In this document: positions 47,709-56,049 of the stretch, piece after piece
Layout: every line of letters begins with the position of its first letter
How positions within the stretch are numbered: position 1 is the first letter of the stretch
Source: Vulcanimicrobiota bacterium
GTDB taxonomy: Bacteria; Vulcanimicrobiota; Xenobia; Xenobiales; JADMJV01
DNA: 64,000 nucleotides
Direction of reading: 5' to 3'
Assembly: GCA_050250895.1 (NCBI GenBank)
Contig: JBFWNU010000001.1
Coordinates: 3,648,149 to 3,712,148, forward strand
Made by a program: the position numbers and the translations under genes
Notes under the pieces: generated by a model
Told to the model about the DNA's origin: nothing
What the model saw: only the letters and a program-made list of their open reading frames with translations
Databases searched by the model: none

Positions 47709-48836
47709 ATGCGACGCCTGCTGCTTTTGCTCCTGGTATTGTCCGTGCCCGTCTGGGCCCGCTACGCCGTTCCCGCCATGGAACCTGTGCCGGTAAAGCG
47801 GTTGGTGACCAATCTCGAGAAGCGAGTGAAGGCTCATCCCGACGACGGACAGGCTCACTATGCTCTGGCCCGGGTTCACTCCATGGCTTACGCCTACCGG
47901 TCGACCTCGGTCGAGGTCGAGAAAGACACGCGGGGGGACGTTCCGGGCTTCGCTCGTGCCCACGAGCCGCCGGTGGACGTCCAGCGGGTAGACCAACTCA
48001 CTTCGGCCCAGGCACTCAAGCACCTCGAGCGGGCCATCGTGCACTATCGCAAGGCAGTGGCCCTCTTGCCCGATCAACTGACGGCCAGGCTGGGGCTGGC
48101 CTGGTGTCTCGAGCAAGCCGGTCGCAAGCAACAGGCCATCGACGAGTATCGCAGAGTCTTCGAAGCTGCCTACGGCAAGGAGCACGAGCGCTATTTCGGC
48201 CAGAGCCTGACCATCGAGACGGGCGGCTATCTTATCCCTCTGCTCGACCCGAAGAAAGACGCTGCCGAGGTAGCCGCCCTCAAGCAGAAGATGGGAGTGG
48301 TCCAGAACGCCCCTCGGGCCGTGACTCCGATCCTGATCGGCCTTGAGGGCGAAGGTCTCGAGGAACTGACCCAGCCCGCTGCTCGGGTGGCCTTCGACCT
48401 CGACGGGACCGGGTTGCCTCAGCAGTGGCCCTGGATTACCCCCCGAGCCGCCTGGCTGGTCTACGACCCGGCCCGCACCGGCGCCATCCACACGGGTCTG
48501 CAGCTCTTTGGCAGCGTCACCTTCTGGGTGGCCTGGGACAATGGCTATCAGGCCCTGGCCGCCCTCGACGACAACCTGGACGGGTGCCTGGAAGGTGACG
48601 AACTGCAAGGCCTGGCCCTCTGGCGAGACACCAACGGTGACGGGCTCAGCCAGCCGGGCGAAGTGAATCCGCTGGCCTATTACGGCGTCCGGGCCCTGTT
48701 CACTGACTGGCAGGTCCACCCCACCGGCATCCCCTACGCCCCGGGCGGGGTCCTCTGGCAAGACGGCCGCCGCACTCCCAGCTTTGACTGGATTGTCGAG
48801 GCTCGCATGCCTGGCTCGGAAAGGATGACGCGATGA
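47709..48836 (+). CDS. Secreted TPR protein with C-terminal calcium-binding FrpC-SPM-like domain
   Basis: Signal peptide; TPR helices (AHYALA, ARLGLAWCL); TPILIGLEG..FDLDGTG..QLFG..NGYQALAALDDNLDG..WRDTNGDGLSQPGE. Confidence 0.7.
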   Translation: MRRLLLLLLVLSVPVWARYAVPAMEPVPVKRLVTNLEKRVKAHPDDGQAHYALARVHSMAYAYRSTSVEVEKDTRGDVPGFARAHEPPVDVQRVDQLTSAQALKHLERAIVHYRKAVALLPDQLTARLGLAWCLEQAGRKQQAIDEYRRVFEAAYGKEHERYFGQSLTIETGGYLIPLLDPKKDAAEVAALKQKMGVVQNAPRAVTPILIGLEGEGLEELTQPAARVAFDLDGTGLPQQWPWITPRAAWLVYDPARTGAIHTGLQLFGSVTFWVAWDNGYQALAALDDNLDGCLEGDELQGLALWRDTNGDGLSQPGEVNPLAYYGVRALFTDWQVHPTGIPYAPGGVLWQDGRRTPSFDWIVEARMPGSERMTR

Positions 48837-49093
48837 CCGAACAAGAGGCTACTCGCTTGGCCCAGGAGCACCTCAAGACCGACCGCCGGCCGCGCCAGGC
48901 CAGCCTGCGCGAACATGGCGACCGGCAACTGTGGCAGGTCTCTTTCGCGGGCGACGGCCAACCCCCCCAGGTAGTCACCATCGACGCCCAGGAAGGCAAG
49001 GTCCTCCAGGTCTTCGAGCCTCTCAAGATCCAACCCACCGCGCCCATCATGGACATCATCACCACCTTCGAGCCCGAGACCTACCTGGAATAG
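48833..49093 (+). CDS. Small hypothetical protein, PepSY-like
   Basis: MTEQEATRLA...WQVSF...VTIDAQEGKV; ATGA overlap with the upstream gene. Confidence 0.65.
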   Translation: MTEQEATRLAQEHLKTDRRPRQASLREHGDRQLWQVSFAGDGQPPQVVTIDAQEGKVLQVFEPLKIQPTAPIMDIITTFEPETYLE

Positions 49094-51230
49094 CCGGGCT
49101 TGGCGAGTACGGCGCTCCACGGCGCCGGACGCCCGGCCTTGGCCTGGGCCTGGCGAGTACGGCACCACCTGGTGACGAATTCGGCGCTCCCCAGCGCCGT
49201 ACGCCCGGCTTGGCCTGGGCTTGGCCTGGCCTTGGCGAGTACGGCACCACCTGGTGCCGAATTCGGCGCTCCACAGCGCCGTACGCCCGGCCTTGGCCTG
49301 GGCCTGGCGAGTGCGGCACCACCTGGTGCCGAATTCGGCGCTACCCAGCGCCGTACGCCCGGCCTCACCTGGGCTTGGCGAGTACGGCGCCACCTGGTGC
49401 CGAATTCGGCGCTCCCCAGCGCCGTACGCCCGGCCTTGGCCTGGGCTTGGCGAGTACGGCGCTCCACGGCGCCGTACGCCCGGCCTTGGCCTGGGCCTGG
49501 CGAGTACGGCACCACCTGGTGCCGAATTCGGCGCTACCCAGCGCCGTACGCCCGGCCCGCCCTGGCCTTGGCGAGTACGGCGCCACCTGGTGCCGAATTC
49601 GGCGCTACCCAGCGCCGTACGCCCGGCCCGCCCTGGGCTTGGCGAGTACGGCGCCACCTGGTGCCGAATTCGGCGCTACCCAGCGCCGTACGCCCGGCCC
49701 GCCCTGGGCTTGGCGAGTGCGGCACCACCTGGTGCCGAATTCGGCGCTCCCCAGCGCCGTACGCTCGGCCTTGGCCTGGGCTTGGCGAGTACGGCGCCAC
49801 CTGGTGCCGAATTCGGCGCTCCCCAGCGCCGTACGCCCGGCCTTGGCCTGGGCTTGGCGAGTACGGCGCTCCACGGCGCCGTACGCCCGGCCTTGGCCTG
49901 GGCCTGGCGAGTACGGCACCACCTGGTGCCGAATTCGGCGCTACCCAGCGCCGTACGCCCGGCCCGCCCTGGCCTTGGCGAGTACGGCGCCACCTGGTGC
50001 CGAATTCGGCGCTACCCAGCGCCGTACGCCCGGCCCGCCCTGGCCTTGGCGAGTACGGCGCCACCTGGTGCCGAATTCGGCGCTACCCAGCGCCGTACGC
50101 CCGGCCCGCCCTGGGCCTGGCGAGTACGGCACCACCTGGTGCCGAATTCGGCGCTCCACAGCGCCGTACGCCCGGCCTTGGCCTGGGCCTGGCGAGTACG
50201 GCACCACCTGGTGCCGAATTCGGCGCTCCACAGCGCCGTACGCCCGGCCTTGGCCGGGGCCTGGCGAGTACGGCACCACCTGGTGCCGAATTCGGCGCTA
50301 CCCAGCGCCGTACGCCCGGCCTTGGCCTGGGCCTGGCGAGTACGGCGCCACCCGGTACCGAATTCGGCGCTACCCAGCGCCGTACGCCCGGCCCGCCCTG
50401 GGCCTGGCGAGTACGGCACCACCCGGTACCGAATTCGGCGCTACCCAGCGCCGTACGCCGGCCCGCCCTGGGCCTGGCGAGTACGGCACCACCTGGTGCC
50501 GAATTCGGCGCTACCCAGCGCCGTACGCCCGGCTTGGCCTGGGCTTGGCCTGGCCTTGGCGAGTACGGCGCCACCTGGTGCCGAATTCGGCGCTCCCCAG
50601 CGCCGTACGCTCGGCCTTGGCTGGGCTTGGCGAGTACGGCGCCACCTGGTGCCGAATTCGGCGCTCCACAGCGCCGTACGCCCCGCCCGCCCTGGGCTTG
50701 GCGAGTACGGCACCACCTGGTGCCGAATTCGGCGCTACCCAGCGCCGTACGCCCGGCCCGGCCTGGGCCTGGCGAGTACGGCGCCACCTGGTGCCGAATT
50801 CGGCGCTCCCCAGCGCCGTACGCTCGGCCTTGGCCTGGGCTTGGCGAGTACGGCGCCACCTGGTGCCGAATTTGGCGCTAACCAGCGCCGTACGCCCGGC
50901 CCGCCCTGGGCTTGGCGAGTACGGCGCCACCTGGGCCGAATTCGGCGCTAACCAGCGCCGTACGCCCGGCCTTGGCCTGGGCCTGGCGAGTACGGCACCA
51001 CCTGGTGCCGAATTCGGCGCTATCCAGCGCCGTACGCCCGGCCTTGGCCTGGGCTTGGCGAGTACGGCACCACCTGGTGCCGAATTCGGCGCTACCCAGC
51101 GCCGTACGCCCGGCCCGCCCTCGGCCTGGCGAGTACGGCGCTACCTGGTGCCGATTCGGCGCTACCCAGCGCCGTACGCCCGGCCCGCCCTGGGCTTGGC
51201 GAGTACGGCGCTACCCAGCGCCGTACAGCC
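49094..51230 (+). repeat. Tandem array 1 of a ~71-72-bp multi-palindromic unit (27 full and 4 short units)
   Basis: Consensus GGCCTTGGCCTGGGCYTGGCGAGTACGGCRCCACCTGGTGCCGAATTCGGCGCTACCCAGCGCCGTACGCCC. Units counted by eye from the GAATTC cores. Confidence 0.97.
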
Positions 51231-51361
51231 CGGGAGATCCGGGAGCCTGGTTCTCAGGTTACAATTCTGTAAAGAATGGCGGGTGCCCAAACGGCACGAT
51301 ACAAAGTTCAGCAAAAGAGACCCGGCTAAACTGACCATAGTTTATGAAGGAGTCTTAACAA

Positions 51362-51793
51362 ATGAACGTAACCGCTCTCAAATCCTACAAATCCTACAGC
51401 CTCCCCTCCAATGCTCAGACTCCTGGACCAGCTCCCGCCCCTTCAGAACCCACCACTCCCGTTGACAGCTGGCGCACCTCGACCCCGGCGCAGTCGGGGG
51501 TCTGGACCGCCGCCATGTTGGGCTCGGCCGCTCTCGGCGCCGTAGCCGGCCCCAAATACGGTATGCTCGGTGGCGCGGCCATTGGGGCCGTGGCCGGCTT
51601 TGCGACCTGCCGTCAGGACCGTGGGATCGGCGCCAAGCTGGGCGCCGCTTTCCTGGGTGCTGGTTTCGCTCACGCCGCCGGCATCATCGGGTCGGCCTCG
51701 ATGATCGGCGGCGGCGCGATTTCGGCCGTGGCCGGTGTGGGCACCGGCTGGGCTATGGCCAAGGCCAACACCCTGCCCGAATCGCAGATCTAG
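51362..51793 (+). CDS. Glycine-zipper membrane protein with Pro-rich N-terminus
   Basis: AAGGAG RBS, GxxxG/AxxxG-rich hydrophobic segments and an upstream TACAAT. Confidence 0.75.
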   Translation: MNVTALKSYKSYSLPSNAQTPGPAPAPSEPTTPVDSWRTSTPAQSGVWTAAMLGSAALGAVAGPKYGMLGGAAIGAVAGFATCRQDRGIGAKLGAAFLGAGFAHAAGIIGSASMIGGGAISAVAGVGTGWAMAKANTLPESQI

Positions 51794-51878
51794 AATCCGC
51801 TTCCCTGACCAGGGCTCCGGGCCGTCGGCTCGGGGCCCTTCCAGGTTTTCAGAGGGTCTCAAGCGAACTACCAGGGGA

Positions 51879-53267
51879 ATGGCGGCCATTCCCAATCACC
51901 CGATCGGCAGACTGAACCCGGCTCCCCCGGTGAGACCGGCTGTCGCCCGTGGCGACCAGCAGGCGCCGTTGGTGGGACTGCCCACCCCGACCCCTCGCGA
52001 GTCGGTCGAGCTGGGGCCCGCGCCCCCGCCTGAGCCGATAGCCCTCGAGGCTGCTCCGGCGCCGGTCGCCCCCCCCCCGACCGAGCCGGTCCCGACCACC
52101 CTATCGTTTGAGGATGGAGCCATCGGGTCTCATCTCCTCTCGGCCTCGTCGCAGCCGGCCAAGGCCGACCTCATCGGCGACTCGGGCAGCGATCTTTCTC
52201 GCAACACGGTCGGCTGGGCGGGTGAACCGAGTGACTCGGCTCCTTTCGACCAATCCCATCGCCGCCTGGTGGCCCGGGGCATGGCCTTGATGGACCAGAT
52301 TGCGCCCGGTTTTCGCCAGCGCCTCGATCAGCTCGTCTCGGAACACCCCGACCCTGCCCTCAAGCTGCGGGGAGACCAATTGCTGGACGAGCAGAATCGT
52401 ATCTACGCTGATAATGGACGCGTTTTGAACGTGCCGGCCGAGCACCTCTCGCCGGCCGACGCGGCCAAGCAAAAGCAGCTCAACGAGCGACTTGGCCAGA
52501 TTGACAAGGAGTGGACCCGGGTCGATGACCAGGAGCACGAACTCAAACGCCAGAACCGTGAGCCGGCCAAAGACCTGGCGGCTGCTTTCTTGAGTCGCCT
52601 GCGCGACAACGCCACTGTTCGCAACGCGGGAGCCTCGGTCACCTTTACTCGCGAGGCCCTGGCCAAGCTCGAAGAGCGGGGCATCAAGCCCGACCAGGTT
52701 CGGGCCTGGGTCAATGAGTTTCACCACCAGACCGGGCTGCCCATGCCCGACAAGCTTGAGTTCCGTTACGAGGCGAAGCGGCCGTATTATCGGTTACAGG
52801 GTGACTACGTCAATCTCGGTGACCCGATGGATAAACGCCTGACGGCGCCTGATGCCAGGCCGCTCGAGCCCGAAGCGCGGCAGCGACTGCAGGAGCAAGA
52901 CCTCAAGCGATTGGTGTTGCACGAGGTGGCTCACCGGGCCGAGTATCGCAATCCCACCGTCGGCATCGCCAACAAGAGCTGGGTGCGGGCTCGGGCTGAA
53001 AGTGCCGGCAACTCGACCACCGACCCTACGCCTCTGGACCAACTGGTGCCCAAGGGCGATTACGAGAAGGGCGAAGTCGCTCTCGAGGACCACTTCATCA
53101 ATCCTTATGCCGGCAAGGTGTATCCGGACTCGGCTACCGAGGTTCTCTCGCTGGGGCTCGAGCACTTCAGTAGCCCCGACCGGATGTTGCAGCTCTACCG
53201 CCGCGACCCTGAGCACTTCTTCCTGACGCTGGGCTCGATAGAGACCCTCAAGAAAGACGGCTGGTGA
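51879..53267 (+). CDS. Putative zinc metalloprotease (HExxH), toxin/effector-like
   Basis: LHEVAHRAE and downstream FINPYAGKVY...TEVLSLGLE; Pro-rich N-terminal leader and a coiled-coil middle region. Confidence 0.7.
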   Translation: MAAIPNHPIGRLNPAPPVRPAVARGDQQAPLVGLPTPTPRESVELGPAPPPEPIALEAAPAPVAPPPTEPVPTTLSFEDGAIGSHLLSASSQPAKADLIGDSGSDLSRNTVGWAGEPSDSAPFDQSHRRLVARGMALMDQIAPGFRQRLDQLVSEHPDPALKLRGDQLLDEQNRIYADNGRVLNVPAEHLSPADAAKQKQLNERLGQIDKEWTRVDDQEHELKRQNREPAKDLAAAFLSRLRDNATVRNAGASVTFTREALAKLEERGIKPDQVRAWVNEFHHQTGLPMPDKLEFRYEAKRPYYRLQGDYVNLGDPMDKRLTAPDARPLEPEARQRLQEQDLKRLVLHEVAHRAEYRNPTVGIANKSWVRARAESAGNSTTDPTPLDQLVPKGDYEKGEVALEDHFINPYAGKVYPDSATEVLSLGLEHFSSPDRMLQLYRRDPEHFFLTLGSIETLKKDGW

Positions 53268-53539
53268 AGTTTCGTCTGCGCGTTCCCCGTCGGCCCATCG
53301 ACAGGCCCGACACCGTTCGTCCCGAGATTTTCGTGAGTCTCGACGTTCCTGATGGTCAGGCCGAGGCGCCGCTGGTCATCGAGGGCCCGCCCCGCTGGGT
53401 CGAAGAGGTTCGCGAGCGGGTGCTGATGAGCTACGGTGTGCGGGGACGCTTTATCGAAGCAGAGACCACCCCCCAGGACCTCGAGGTCGCCATGGCCGGC
53501 GAGCTGCTCAGGCCCTACGACCCCGAGCGCCTCGATTAA
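53264..53539 (+). CDS. Small hypothetical protein translationally coupled to the protease (candidate immunity protein)
   Basis: GTGA start/stop overlap; 91 aa; no recognised motif. Confidence 0.6.
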   Translation: MKFRLRVPRRPIDRPDTVRPEIFVSLDVPDGQAEAPLVIEGPPRWVEEVRERVLMSYGVRGRFIEAETTPQDLEVAMAGELLRPYDPERLD

Positions 53540-53697
53540 GGGTCTGTCAGGGAGCAAGAGTAGCATTCCCGGTGTCGAGACGCCCCTGTGGCAAGGCGCG
53601 TCTGACCGCGCATATCGGCAATATGTAAGGGAAGCGCAACGCCGCCACAGGGGATGGATCGGCGCCGCGAATGCACGAGTTATTTCCTGGCAGGCCC
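53540..53697. mobile_element. 158-bp MITE-like element
   Basis: Terminal inverted repeats GGGTCTGTCAGG / CCTGGCAGGCCC (10 of 12 match), TAA on both flanks (53537-53539 and 53698-53700), and nested internal stems. Confidence 0.75.
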
Positions 53698-54737
53698 TAA
53701 GGCTTGAGTTCGGTGACGGTGCCCATGCGGTTGATGGTAGCGGTCACGCTCTGGTCTATCTTATAGCTTTTGTATTCGCTTTCGCTCTTGGGTTCGTAGG
53801 TGTAACTCTGGCCCCCGGAATTGAGGGTGAGGCTGTAATGCTCTGATTTCTTGCCTTCGCGGGTGGTCCGGTCGGTGGCCACTTTAGGCCATTGCGGGTT
53901 ATCGTCACTGCCGCTGGCCTCGGCGGTGGACTGGCCTTTCCAGCGGTCGACCTGATAGGTCACTTCGGTGTCATAGACCGGTTCGTCGCGATAGGTCGGC
54001 TCTTCGTAGGTCTCGGTCACTTGCTGATCTTCATAGACCGGCTCTTCGGTGTAGATATCCTCGAAATAGCCGTTGCCGAGATCTTTGGTGCCCGTCTTGA
54101 CCTTGCGGGTGCCGGTCTTGACCTGCTTGGTGACGGTGCGCTTTTTGGTGGTCGAGCCGGTCTTGATCTGGCGAGTCTCGCGGAGCTTGCGGGTCGATTT
54201 GAGCACCCTGGCGTCGCGCGGGACGTCTTTTTTCCAGTCAGTGTCGGTCTCGGTCACCAGCTTCTCGACCTCGATCGAACGCTGCCACTGTTTGGCGGTG
54301 ATGGTGGCCTGGGATTCGGAGGCGCCGTTGAGGAAGACGCAGGGCCCTACGATCAACACCAGCATCACCACGAAGGCGACCAGGCATGCCTTCAGGCAAC
54401 CGCCGCTCTTGGGCGCTGGCTTGGGCTTGGGCTCGGGCTTTTGGTCGTGGTGAACGACCTGGGCCCGCGCTTTGGAGGGGTCCTTGGGCGAGCCACAGCC
54501 CGAGCAGAACTCGTTGAACCCAGGGTTGTCGCCCCCGCAGAACTGGCAGTTCCAGTCCGGACCTGACTGGGCCCGCGCCTGCTCGGCCTGGTCTTCGACC
54601 ACGCGAGCGTCGTCGGGTAAGTAGAACTTAATGTCTTCGCCCCGCGGCGAGCCGCAGCTGCCACAATACTTTTGCGGACCAGGTATTCTCTCGCGCCCAC
54701 AGGCCGGGCAGTCCCAAGCACCTTCACGGATAGCCAT
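53697..54737 (-). CDS. Double zinc-ribbon (RanBP2-like) membrane-anchored protein
   Basis: WDCPACG..YCGSCG and WNCQFCG.DN..FCSGCG, one TM, and a beta-rich extracytoplasmic domain. Confidence 0.8.
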   Translation of the reverse strand: MAIREGAWDCPACGRERIPGPQKYCGSCGSPRGEDIKFYLPDDARVVEDQAEQARAQSGPDWNCQFCGGDNPGFNEFCSGCGSPKDPSKARAQVVHHDQKPEPKPKPAPKSGGCLKACLVAFVVMLVLIVGPCVFLNGASESQATITAKQWQRSIEVEKLVTETDTDWKKDVPRDARVLKSTRKLRETRQIKTGSTTKKRTVTKQVKTGTRKVKTGTKDLGNGYFEDIYTEEPVYEDQQVTETYEEPTYRDEPVYDTEVTYQVDRWKGQSTAEASGSDDNPQWPKVATDRTTREGKKSEHYSLTLNSGGQSYTYEPKSESEYKSYKIDQSVTATINRMGTVTELKP

Positions 54738-54775
54738 AACTTCCTCCGGCCGCGCAGATTCTCTTCCAAAGTGGG

Positions 54776-55258
54776 TTAGCCCTGTAGCTCGACCAGTTCC
54801 TGGGCTTCGGGCGAGAGTTCCTCGAGCAGCGCACGGCGCGGCCCGTAGCGGGGGAGTTGGCGGCACAGGGCGGTGGCCAGCAGTAGCCCGCTTGAAACAC
54901 CGCCGGCCGAGAGAGCCGTCAGCACCGCTCGCTCGGCGGCCAGACTGTTGTCCCCTTCGACCATGGCGGCCATGGCTGAATAGGCCAGGCTGCCCGGCAC
55001 CAGCGGGATGATGCCGGGCACCGAAAGCACCAGGGCCGGCAGTTTCATCTGGCGGGCTAGCAATTCGGCCGCCAGGGCCACCACCATCGCGGCCACGAAC
55101 AGGGCTTCGGGCTGGCTGCCGCCCGTGTCGAGCACGCGCTGGGCCGCGGCCGAGCCGGCCGAGGCGATGACGGCCGCGGCCAGCAATGCGCGGGGAGGCA
55201 CCCGCAGTTTGATGCCGATAGCCAGGGACGCGATCAGGATGAGCAGACTGTCACTCAT
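54776..55258 (-). CDS. Threonine/serine exporter family, ThrE_2 subunit
   Basis: Hydrophobic protein with VPGIIPLVPGSLAY; overlaps the partner gene stop. Confidence 0.82.
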   Translation of the reverse strand: MSDSLLILIASLAIGIKLRVPPRALLAAAVIASAGSAAAQRVLDTGGSQPEALFVAAMVVALAAELLARQMKLPALVLSVPGIIPLVPGSLAYSAMAAMVEGDNSLAAERAVLTALSAGGVSSGLLLATALCRQLPRYGPRRALLEELSPEAQELVELQG

Positions 55259-56019
55259 AGTCCCATCCGCGTCAGCATACTCAGGCCGGTGGTGACTCCG
55301 GCCGCCATGGCCAGAGCCATCAGCACCGCCTCGGCTCCGCGAGCCGTGCCGGATACCAATTCGCCGGCCATCAGGTCCCGCATGGCCGCCACCAGGGCCA
55401 GACCGGGCATCTGCGGGGTGAGCGCCCCCACCGTAATAGCGGCTCCCGAAAAGCCCCGGCCCACCCACAGCCACGACCACCAGGTCACCAGCAGGGCCGC
55501 AAAAAAATAGTTCATAAAGGGGGGAAAGTTCTTCTCTAGCAGGCTCAACAGGCGGGCCACCATGGCTCCGGCCAGCAGGCCGGCCAGGGCCTCGCCGGGG
55601 CCGCCGCCGGCCAGCAAGGTAAAGCAGGCCGCGCTCACGGCCGTCGAAGCGGCCCGGCGCCAAAAAGACAGGTCCTCTTCGCCCGAACGGATCTCTGCCA
55701 CCGTCTCGAGCGCCTGCTCGATCTCGAGGTGGCCTTCATAAAGCAGCCGGGAGACGCTATTGAGCTGGGCTACCCGGGTCAGGTCGACCCCTCGTCGATG
55801 GATGCGGATGACGCGAGTGATGGGTTCTTTGTCGCCTACCGAGAGGGTGATGCCGGTGGGGTTGACCACCGCTTCGGCTTCCAACCCGAAACTCTCGGCG
55901 GCCCGTCGGATCGTCTCTTCCACCCGGCTGGTTTCGGCGCCATTCTCTAACAGGCCGGCCCCCAGGTCCGTGCACAGACGTGCCATTAGTCCGATTTTTC
56001 GCCGCGTCGGCTTTGCCAT
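55255..56019 (-). CDS. Threonine/serine exporter family, ThrE subunit
   Basis: LLENGAETSRVEETI and PGLALVAAMRDL..GELVSG.AR. Confidence 0.88.
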   Translation of the reverse strand: MAKPTRRKIGLMARLCTDLGAGLLENGAETSRVEETIRRAAESFGLEAEAVVNPTGITLSVGDKEPITRVIRIHRRGVDLTRVAQLNSVSRLLYEGHLEIEQALETVAEIRSGEEDLSFWRRAASTAVSAACFTLLAGGGPGEALAGLLAGAMVARLLSLLEKNFPPFMNYFFAALLVTWWSWLWVGRGFSGAAITVGALTPQMPGLALVAAMRDLMAGELVSGTARGAEAVLMALAMAAGVTTGLSMLTRMGL

Positions 56020-56049
56020 ACAAGCGCGGTATACTCCCGACGCCTGAAA

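Noticed and set aside
48931-51465. Long ORFs (844, 593 and 576 aa and others) across array 1
   Set aside because: The GC-rich unit lacks stop codons on one strand. Unit lengths of 71, 72 and 50 bp cycle the frames, so the same peptides appear in all frames, and there is no RBS.
51879-53267. Prophage call from the MuF-like protease similarity
   Set aside because: No terminase, capsid, portal or integrase gene in the window.
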